DNA of 64,000 nucleotides, taken from contig MFIU01000004.1 in the NCBI GenBank assembly GCA_001778985.1, forward strand, positions 67,067-131,066, read 5' to 3'. The stretch's first letter is position 1, and each line of letters begins with the position of its first letter. This document shows, in pieces, positions 56,943-64,000 of this stretch. Position numbers and translations under genes: made by a program. The notes beneath the pieces are model-generated. The model was not told the origin of the DNA, made no database searches, and saw only the letters and a list, made by a program, of their open reading frames with translations. Origin of the DNA: Candidatus Giovannonibacteria bacterium RIFOXYD1_FULL_48_21. GTDB taxonomy: Bacteria; Patescibacteriota; Minisyncoccia; JACPKW01; UBA11713.

Positions 56943-59333
56943 TTATCCACCTTTATGCCTCCTCCTTATCTCCTCCTCGACTTCTTCTCTGGGGCGGCTG
57001 TACTTTGAACGGGAGAGCTGCTTAATATAATCGGCCATCTGGGGGTTGCCGGTTTCGGGCGGAATGGTTTTTATATTGAAAGGTTTTGAAGTCTGCCCGT
57101 CAATCAATAATTTTAGATAGGCGTTATAGTTATCGATATTCAGCAAGTCGTGGGCAGAGAATACGGGTTGAAACTGCTTCTCCATATACTCGCCGTCGTC
57201 CGAGCCGATTCTGAAGGAACAAATAGAACCGACGTTTCCAAAGACCGCTTTCTGAATCTCTTCCTCGAGCTGTCCGATGAACTGGTGAGTTAAAATGAGG
57301 TTCAATTTATACTTTCTCGCTTCGGAAAGTATGGTCGCGATGGACTTAGTTGTGACGTTTTGGAACTCATCGATATAAAGGTAAAAATCGGGACGTTGGG
57401 ATTCGTCAACGTTTACTCTGGATAGCGCGGCCATCAAAATTTTACCAACCATAATTAGCCCGAGGAGCGACGAGTTAAGCTCGCCTAGGCGCCCCTTGGA
57501 AAGATTCAACAGCAAAATCTTTTTATTATCCATCACCTCGCGGATATTGAAGGCGGATTTCTCCTGCGCGATGATTGGGCGCATTATTTCGTTTGCAAGA
57601 AATGTGTCGAATTTCGAGACCACATAAGGCACCATGTTCTGCAAAGCGGCCTCGCCGCCGGCTTTCTCGGCAATCTGTTTCCAGAAGGTCTCAACCACGA
57701 TATTTTTCGAGCGGGAAAGTTTGTAGTCGCGAAAGGATTTATCCGCCAAAACGCGCTCAATCTCCAAAAGGGTGTTCCCTGACTCCGGATCGTCCATCAC
57801 CAGCAAAGCGGCATTCCTGAAATACTGCTCGAACATCGGGCCTCCGGCGACTGACATATTGAAAAGCTTGTTGAAGATTTCCAAAAGCTCGTTCACTATC
57901 ATGGTTTTCTGCTCCGGACGCGCCGCATCATACTCCAGCATGTTAAGCCCCATGGGATATTGAACGTCTCCGGGGTCAAAATAAATCACGTCCTCGGCGC
58001 GCTCGCGCGGGACGAGCGCTAAAATTTTTTCGATAAGCTCTCCGTGCGGGTCAATCACCGCGACTCCCTCGCCCGCTCGTATATCCTGAATAATCATGTT
58101 CTGCATTAAGACTGATTTTCCGGTTCCGGTCTGGCCGATGGTATAAAAATGCCTGCGCCGGTCGTCTTTTTTAATCCTTACTTCCTGGGAAGTTCCGCGA
58201 AAAGCGCTCCTGCCGACTAAAATTCCCTCCTTTGGAAGATTTACGGGCGGGGCCGCCTCTCGGGCTTTTAGCATCCGCACCTGGGGTGCGGCTTTCTTGG
58301 AATACGGAAAATGATAAATGCTTGCGATTTCCTCCACGTTGAGCGGTATCGCCGTATCTTCATCAAAAAACCTGAAAGAAAAATCTTCATTTAACTTGCG
58401 AAGCCTACTTCCAAAAACGTTCCGGATTTTGAATGAATTTCCCTCGGGACTCGAGAATTGATAAAAACCGGCTTCAAATTCTTTCATAATTCGATCGGTT
58501 TCTGCGTCTGATCCGGCAGAAACAATGAGGCGAACATTCGCGTCGAAAATCATCTTGCCTGCTTTCTCCTCCAGTATCTTTACAAGCTCCTCATCGTAGA
58601 CTACGGGTTTGTTTTTTTCCTCGGGCCTCTGGCTTTTCGGTTTTTTGAAAATTTCAATTGTTTCTTCCGCCAAACTTTTTTCTCCCAGAACCTCTTTTCT
58701 TGATTTCCCCTGCTTTAACTTCTCCGTAACGCTATGTATCGACTTTTCGAGCTTTTCTGCTGAAGGCCGCAGTACAAGCTGTAGGGCGGCTCCTTCGTCG
58801 AACTCGTCAATCTTCGAGAAAGCAGAGGTTATAGTTTCAACAGGATCTGACTCTATTTTTTGATAAGTTTTCAAAGGCAGGAATTTATTTTTTTCAAGTT
58901 CCAGAATCGCACCGCGGGATATTCCGTCCGGATTAAAAATGTTGTAATCGTTTACTTTGTCTATTTTGGCTTCCGGAAATGCGCCATGCAGCTGGCCCTC
59001 GACGAGTTTTTCGAATTTTCGTGGTGCGGCCACATAAAAAAATATCTCCGCTCCGTTATTGTGCGCCGCGAGCTCCAGGGCAAAACTTTTATTCTTCATT
59101 CCGCCAAAGCCCATCAAAAACTTTTCCATCTGGGCGATGAAATTTTTTCTGGCTTCATTTGGGTTTTCCTTACCTTCCTCGCGGCTTTCCGGAACGCTCA
59201 CCAAGAAAAGCTGAAGCGAAAGGCTCGAAGATATGGCGCTTGTTCTCTTGTAGCGTAAATAAAAAAAGAGAATTACTAAAATGGGGACGAGGAGAACAAA
59301 GAAAGTCGTGAAAATAAAGGCGCCGTCATTCAT
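56943..59333 (-). CDS. VirB4/VirD4(TraG)/HerA-like P-loop ATPase, membrane-anchored
   Basis: RRHFYTIGQTGTGKS, IDPHG, LYIDEFQN, SEARKY, HQ, FGNVGS. Confidence 0.9.
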   Translation of the reverse strand: MNDGAFIFTTFFVLLVPILVILFFYLRYKRTSAISSSLSLQLFLVSVPESREEGKENPNEARKNFIAQMEKFLMGFGGMKNKSFALELAAHNNGAEIFFYVAAPRKFEKLVEGQLHGAFPEAKIDKVNDYNIFNPDGISRGAILELEKNKFLPLKTYQKIESDPVETITSAFSKIDEFDEGAALQLVLRPSAEKLEKSIHSVTEKLKQGKSRKEVLGEKSLAEETIEIFKKPKSQRPEEKNKPVVYDEELVKILEEKAGKMIFDANVRLIVSAGSDAETDRIMKEFEAGFYQFSSPEGNSFKIRNVFGSRLRKLNEDFSFRFFDEDTAIPLNVEEIASIYHFPYSKKAAPQVRMLKAREAAPPVNLPKEGILVGRSAFRGTSQEVRIKKDDRRRHFYTIGQTGTGKSVLMQNMIIQDIRAGEGVAVIDPHGELIEKILALVPRERAEDVIYFDPGDVQYPMGLNMLEYDAARPEQKTMIVNELLEIFNKLFNMSVAGGPMFEQYFRNAALLVMDDPESGNTLLEIERVLADKSFRDYKLSRSKNIVVETFWKQIAEKAGGEAALQNMVPYVVSKFDTFLANEIMRPIIAQEKSAFNIREVMDNKKILLLNLSKGRLGELNSSLLGLIMVGKILMAALSRVNVDESQRPDFYLYIDEFQNVTTKSIATILSEARKYKLNLILTHQFIGQLEEEIQKAVFGNVGSICSFRIGSDDGEYMEKQFQPVFSAHDLLNIDNYNAYLKLLIDGQTSKPFNIKTIPPETGNPQMADYIKQLSRSKYSRPREEVEEEIRRRHKGG

Positions 59334-59728
59334 TTTATTTTCCTGGCCTCCAGAAGCTTTTGATAATAATAATCGGCTAAAGTGTCGTGAAATTCGTCCA
59401 AGAGATGCGGATTTTTGAGAGAATTTGCCACTTTGAGGGCCGAGGATAAATTTTTTTCAAAAGCCAGATTGATAAGTTCTTCGATTATATATTTGTGCTC
59501 TTTTTCTTTGAGCTCGGCGGCTTTGTCCTTGCTCGTCTCGTCCGGAATCGTTACTGGCGGCAAAATCGGCGGAGAAGGCTTCTCGCCGGCTCCGGCTTCG
59601 CGGAAAATCTCCCCAATCATTTCCCGCTCCTCCCTCGGCTCTTTCCCCTCTCCTGAAAGCTCTTTTTTCTTCGTCTCGAGCTGACTCTCGAGCCACTTTA
59701 TCTCTTCACGAATCTGCTCCTGCGGCAT
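59330..59728 (-). CDS. hypothetical protein co-transcribed with the ATPase
   Basis: NPHLLDEFHDTL; overlaps the ATPase start. Confidence 0.75.
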   Translation of the reverse strand: MPQEQIREEIKWLESQLETKKKELSGEGKEPREEREMIGEIFREAGAGEKPSPPILPPVTIPDETSKDKAAELKEKEHKYIIEELINLAFEKNLSSALKVANSLKNPHLLDEFHDTLADYYYQKLLEARKIK

Positions 59729-59755
59729 GGTTTTATTCTAACTTCTTTAAGAATT

Positions 59756-60916
59756 CTATGGAATCAGCGAGCGCAGCCATGAAGAGAGTTTCTGGCGAAG
59801 GGCTGAAGGTTTTTTGAAAGCAGGGCTGGTTTCTTGGTCGAGCGCCAAAAGGGCCGCACCCAAGGCAGTGTGCCAGAGAGAGTCCTGAAGTTTGTGCCCG
59901 GAATCAAGCTCGCGGCATCCTCCGAGCTCGGCCGGAAGCCGGAGAGCGTTTCTGGAAAATTCTTCAAGGCCCGGAATTTTGGCCGAGCCTCCCGACAAAA
60001 CCACCCCGCCCGGCAAAAGTCCGGCGCGTCCTATTTTTTTCAGATGCGTCTGGACCAGCTCAAACATATCCTCGAGCCTGGCCTCCACGATGTTTTGAAA
60101 CTTTTTTTTGGACGTTTGAGAATCATCCGGAAGTTTCGCGGAAATTTTTATCTCCTCGGCTTTCTCCAGCGGAACTTGAAAACCAAGCGCGATATCGTTC
60201 GTGATATGCGCTCCGCCAAATGGAAAAATCGCCAGAGAATACGGAAGGTTCTCCTCAAAAACCGCGAGGTTCAAGGTCTCGGCTCCAATATCCATAATTA
60301 AAGCGCCGGCTTCGCGCTGTCTGGAGGCGAGCAAAGCTCTGGCTGTGGCGAGAGGCGCCGGAACAACGTCATCAATCGCAACTCCCGCCTCCTCCACAGC
60401 GCTAATCGCTTCGGCGAGCGGTTTTAGGAGCGAGGTTACGAATAAAACTTCTGCCTCCAAATGCTCTCCCTTGAGCCCGACTGGGTCTTTCAGGGAAAGC
60501 TCTAAATCCACGGCATAGTTCAAGCCGAAAAATTCCATCACCCCGCGGTTTTGGAGTTCGCGGGAAGAGGGCCGGGCCTGGGCCAGCACCCGGTCCACGT
60601 CGTAGGGACTGACTTCTCCAGAGGCTTGGGAGATGGCCACGCGGGAGCGCACTTTCTGAAAGCCGAGAGCCGGCGAGCCGAAAACCACGTAGGCATGCTT
60701 GAAAGGAATCCCGGAAAAGCGCCCCACCTCTTTCACGACTTCTTTTATTTTTTTGGATAGAAGGCCTGGGGTCTGAACCAAACCGCGCCTAACTCCCTCG
60801 GCCGGGACCAGGGCCGCGCCCAAAATATGCAGCCCGGTTTCTTGCGGCCTGCGCTCCGCACTCAAAGCTTTAAGGCTCGCCGAACCGATATCCAAGATAT
60901 GAACGATATTCCTCAT
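59756..60916 (-). CDS. ftsA: cell division protein FtsA
   Basis: LDIGS, DIGAET, GGAHITNDIA, GVVLSGG; ATG 60916. Confidence 0.93.
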   Translation of the reverse strand: MRNIVHILDIGSASLKALSAERRPQETGLHILGAALVPAEGVRRGLVQTPGLLSKKIKEVVKEVGRFSGIPFKHAYVVFGSPALGFQKVRSRVAISQASGEVSPYDVDRVLAQARPSSRELQNRGVMEFFGLNYAVDLELSLKDPVGLKGEHLEAEVLFVTSLLKPLAEAISAVEEAGVAIDDVVPAPLATARALLASRQREAGALIMDIGAETLNLAVFEENLPYSLAIFPFGGAHITNDIALGFQVPLEKAEEIKISAKLPDDSQTSKKKFQNIVEARLEDMFELVQTHLKKIGRAGLLPGGVVLSGGSAKIPGLEEFSRNALRLPAELGGCRELDSGHKLQDSLWHTALGAALLALDQETSPAFKKPSALRQKLSSWLRSLIP

Positions 60917-61215
60917 GAAAACTTTTTCTCCAAAGCCTCCATCTTGGGGCCGTGGCGAAACCCTTTTAAATGCAGAAGACCGTGCAGATACAAAGTCCAA
61001 AGGCGCTCTTTTTTTCTAGCCAGCTCGCGGTTCAAAAAAATCTGGCCTAATTTTGGCGAAAGCGCGAAAGCGAGCACATCGGCTGCCTTATTTTTACGGC
61101 GGTAAGTTTTATTCAAGCGAAGCATCGTTTTTGAATCCGCAAAAACTAAATCCAATTCGTATTTCTTTCCTAAAATTTTATCTTTGGCTTTTTTGAAATG
61201 CTGACGGGGAGGCAC
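60913..61215 (-). CDS. ybeY: rRNA maturation RNase YbeY
   Basis: LNKTYR.K...DVLAF; HGLLHLKGFRH. Confidence 0.9.
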   Translation of the reverse strand: MPPRQHFKKAKDKILGKKYELDLVFADSKTMLRLNKTYRRKNKAADVLAFALSPKLGQIFLNRELARKKERLWTLYLHGLLHLKGFRHGPKMEALEKKFS

Positions 61216-61216
61216 C

Positions 61217-61690
61217 TTAGCCCAAAAGCTTTTTTAAAACGGCGGAGATGCGCTCGCCCGAGGCCTTGCCTTTCAAAACCGGCATCACGGTTTTCATGAC
61301 TTGGCCGAAATCTTTCGGGCCGGAAGCGCCCGCCTTGCCGCGAGGCAGGCCCGCTTCGCGAATACCGTCTTTCAAAATCCGCTCCAGGTCTTCGTCCGAA
61401 ATCTCCGCCGGCAGGTAGACCGCCAGCAGTTCGGCTTCTCTCTTTTCTTTATCGGCGAGGTCAGCGCGGCTGGCTTTTTCAAACTCCGCGCTGGCGTCCT
61501 TGCGTTTTTTAACTTCCCCTTTCAGAACTTCCACCACTTCTTCGTCCGAAAGTCCGGTCTCTTTTTTCAAAAGCTGAATCTCCTTATTGTGAATCGCGCT
61601 CTGGGCCATCCGAAGCGCGGAAAGTTTCAACTGCTCGCTGGCTTTCAAGGCGGCGCGCAGGTCTTCTTCAATTCTCTTTTGAAGATTCAT
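61217..61690 (-). CDS. GatB/YqeY domain protein
   Basis: KKRKDA...F....R.DLA..E..E...L..YLP. Confidence 0.92.
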   Translation of the reverse strand: MNLQKRIEEDLRAALKASEQLKLSALRMAQSAIHNKEIQLLKKETGLSDEEVVEVLKGEVKKRKDASAEFEKASRADLADKEKREAELLAVYLPAEISDEDLERILKDGIREAGLPRGKAGASGPKDFGQVMKTVMPVLKGKASGERISAVLKKLLG

Positions 61691-61693
61691 GAT

Positions 61694-61915
61694 TTATTCT
61701 ATTTTACCCAGCTTCCTAAGCCGCTCCATATTTTCTTGCCATTGAATCCTCTTGAGCGCTTCCTTTTTTTTCTTGAAATCGGACTTGGAACGCGCTCGAA
61801 ACTGCCGGCCCCTCGCTTCAATCAAAATTTTGGAACGCTGAATTTTTCTGGTGAAGCGCCGCAAGAGGCTTCCCACTGATTCATTTTCTCTTTTTCTAAC
61901 TCCCACACTCGCCAT
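61694..61915 (-). CDS. rpsU: 30S ribosomal protein S21
   Basis: VRKRENES..SLLRRF; rpsU-yqeY synteny. Confidence 0.85.
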   Translation of the reverse strand: MASVGVRKRENESVGSLLRRFTRKIQRSKILIEARGRQFRARSKSDFKKKKEALKRIQWQENMERLRKLGKIE

Positions 61916-61916
61916 G

Positions 61917-62249
61917 TTATACCTCCACTTTCCCCGGCTTCTCTCTCCAACCTCCCAAGAGATGCAGATGGAGATGTTCCACCACCTGCCCGCCCGCCGG
62001 GCCTACGTTAAAAACAAGCTTATAACCCTCGAGTTTTTTCTCGGCCGCGATTTTTTTTGCTATTTCGACCGTAGTACCGATGAGCTCCCCTTTCGCCTCC
62101 AGAACTGAAGCCAAATGTTCTTTCGGCAATACTAAAATATGGACCGGCGCTTTCGGATGAATATCCTCAAAAGCGACGAACTTTTCGTCTTCAAAAACGA
62201 ACTGGGCGGGAATTTCCTTTTGAGAAATTTTGCAAAAGATACAATTCAT
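61917..62249 (-). CDS. HIT family nucleotide-binding protein
   Basis: CIFCKI, HLHLHLLGG. Confidence 0.95.
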   Translation of the reverse strand: MNCIFCKISQKEIPAQFVFEDEKFVAFEDIHPKAPVHILVLPKEHLASVLEAKGELIGTTVEIAKKIAAEKKLEGYKLVFNVGPAGGQVVEHLHLHLLGGWREKPGKVEV

Positions 62250-62250
62250 T

Positions 62251-63600
62251 TCATTTGAATTTCAGTTTCAAGCGCTCGAGCGCCTTGGCCACCGGCAAAG
62301 TCTCCTGCATGCCGGAGTCCATGTTACGGATAATAATGGTACCTTCGAGGGCTTCCTTCTGGCCCATAATCAAGCTGAATTCAACTCCGAGTTTTGAGGC
62401 CAAGCGGAGCTGGCCCCGGAGCGAATCCTTGGAGAGCGACTGGGCTAGAGGAATTCTAGCCTTTCGAAAATCTTCCATCAAGCTTAAAATCTTCCGTTTG
62501 GCCGCCATGCCCAGTTGAATCAGAAAGACCTGCGGTCTCTCGGTTTTCAAAAGTTGAGCGCGGTCTTTTTCTTCCGGGCGGGATGAAACGAGCTCGGCTA
62601 TCCGATCAATGCCCAGCGCCGCTCCCGCGGCCGCCAAATCTTTTCCAGCCAAAACCTGCGCCAGATAATCGTATCTCCCTCCGCCTCCCAATTCAACCCG
62701 CTTCCCGCCTTGACTCGCGGAAGGCGAGGCAGGCCCGCCGGTTTCGCCCTCGGCTTCGGTTTTGCCCGTAGTCACGAACTCAAAAACCGTTCGGGTGTAA
62801 TAATCAAAACCTCGCACCAGCTGCGGGTTCAGCCGATAAGGCAATTCCAGGGAGTCCATGAATTCCAAAACTTCTTTGAAGTGCGCTTTGCATTCCTCGC
62901 AGACGTATTCCAGCATCTGCGGCGCTTTGGCTTTAAATTCCTGACAGGAGGGCTCTTTGCAGTCCAAAAGCCGGAGAGGATTTTCTTTAAACCTCCGCTT
63001 GCAGTCTTTGCAGAGTTTTTCGAAATGCTTCCGATAAAAAGCCACCAGTTCCTTCTTCCAAGTCGGCCGGCATTCTTTGTCTCCGAGGGTGTTCAATTCC
63101 AAGCTCGTCTCAATCCCAAGTTCTTTGAAAATCAGACTGCAGACTCGGATGATGGTGGCTTCGGCCACCGCCAGCTCTTCACCCAAAATTTCAAGACCAA
63201 ATTGGTTGAATTCGCGAAAACGCCCCTTCTGCGGGCTCTCGTGCCTGAAAAATGAGCCGGAATAATAAAGCATGACTGGCTGTGGCCAAGAGCCAAGGCC
63301 GTGTTCGAAATAAGCGCGCACCGCCGGCACGGTTCCCTCCGGCCGCAGAACCAAAGCATCTCCGCCCCTGGTCCGAAAAGTGTACGTCTGTTTCTCCACC
63401 ACATCCGTGCTCTCGCCCAAGGAGGCTCCAAAAAGTTCGGCATGCTCGAAATGCGGGGTTTGAATCTCCTGAAAACCATAGTAGCTGGAAAACTCCTGGG
63501 CGGTTTTTTGGATTTTCCTCACAACCGAAAGCTCGGACTCTAAAAGATCCCTCGTGCCCCTGGGCGTTTTTAATAGTTCTCTCTTAACTTTCGAACCCAT
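62251..63600 (-). CDS. hisS: histidine--tRNA ligase
   Basis: LRPEGT, GRFREF.Q, LVRGFDYY, GGGRYD. Confidence 0.98.
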   Translation of the reverse strand: MGSKVKRELLKTPRGTRDLLESELSVVRKIQKTAQEFSSYYGFQEIQTPHFEHAELFGASLGESTDVVEKQTYTFRTRGGDALVLRPEGTVPAVRAYFEHGLGSWPQPVMLYYSGSFFRHESPQKGRFREFNQFGLEILGEELAVAEATIIRVCSLIFKELGIETSLELNTLGDKECRPTWKKELVAFYRKHFEKLCKDCKRRFKENPLRLLDCKEPSCQEFKAKAPQMLEYVCEECKAHFKEVLEFMDSLELPYRLNPQLVRGFDYYTRTVFEFVTTGKTEAEGETGGPASPSASQGGKRVELGGGGRYDYLAQVLAGKDLAAAGAALGIDRIAELVSSRPEEKDRAQLLKTERPQVFLIQLGMAAKRKILSLMEDFRKARIPLAQSLSKDSLRGQLRLASKLGVEFSLIMGQKEALEGTIIIRNMDSGMQETLPVAKALERLKLKFK

Positions 63601-64000
63601 AAACTCCCGGTAAAAAATTTAATCTATTCGGCGGCCACAGTCGTAAGAGGGCCCGGCCTATAATCAGTCCTTTATCTAATGTTCCCCATTTTCTGGAATC
63701 CGAGGAAAAGAGTCGGTTGTCGCCGAGCATAAAATATTCGCCGGCCCCCAGCTCGACGACGCTGTCAGGCGTGGTGAGGGCTTCGCTCAAATAAGGCTCG
63801 TCGAGCTCTTCTCCCTTAATAAAAATTTTGTTATTGCGAATCTCGAGCGACTCGCCCGGAAGCCCTATTATTCTTTTGATAAAAAATTTCGAGGGGTCTT
63901 GGGGAAAGCGAAAAACTATAACCTCGCCCCGCTGGGGTTCGCGAAACCGGTAAGAGAGCTCATCGATAACAAGATATTCGCCGTCCTCAAAAGTCGGCTC
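63584..64000 (-). CDS. lepB: signal peptidase I (partial, 5' end outside window)
   Basis: EPTFEDGEYL...RGEVIVF...FIKRIIGLPGE...GDNR..SSDSR.WG. Confidence 0.93.
   Translation of the reverse strand, partial: EPTFEDGEYLVIDELSYRFREPQRGEVIVFRFPQDPSKFFIKRIIGLPGESLEIRNNKIFIKGEELDEPYLSEALTTPDSVVELGAGEYFMLGDNRLFSSDSRKWGTLDKGLIIGRALLRLWPPNRLNFLPGVYGFES

Noticed and set aside
54421-57015. CRISPR array or DGR template/variable repeats
   Set aside because: Repeats are about 1.25 kb apart with whole genes between them; no cas or reverse transcriptase; differences are not adenine-specific
1-64000. Numerous 60-190 aa antisense or alternate-frame ORFs in the track
   Set aside because: Shadows of well-supported genes or of rnpB/tRNAs, without recognisable motifs

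Overview
Chromosomal segment of a small-genome bacterium. Gene content, absence of biosynthetic pathways and leaderless-type starts suggest Patescibacteria/CPR (Parcubacteria-like; inferred), genetic code 11. Core genes: htpX, lemA, groES/EL with CIRCE, uvrA/uvrC, secG, rnj, trpS, ychF, rpsF-ssb-rpsR, ftsEX, prfB (+1 frameshift), lepA, murJ, rnpB, ftsZ/ftsA, ybeY, rpsU, hisS, lepB. There are five intact tRNAs plus one interrupted tRNA. Accessory genes: a LexA-DNA methyltransferase fusion with a putative endonuclease at tRNA-Ser, a B12 salvage/class II RNR operon, a large surface protein and five toxin-antitoxin modules. Most unusual observations: (1) an intact tRNA-Thr(CGU) nested inside the anticodon loop of another tRNA-Thr; (2) a ~105-bp inverted-repeat element (CCCGTTAGAAA...TTTCTAACGGG-N-TGAA) that carries that tRNA and also sits in the start codons of ychF and ssb, rebuilding them; (3) a cassette array behind a VirB4/VirD4-like ATPase, delimited by copies of the ATPase 3' end, with variable cargo genes and TA pairs; (4) a promoter-driven 64-nt RNA ending in ACCA that faces a RelE/PBECR-like nuclease gene; (5) REP-like repeats inserted in frame in housekeeping proteins. 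All calls were made by reading the sequence; no searches were run.
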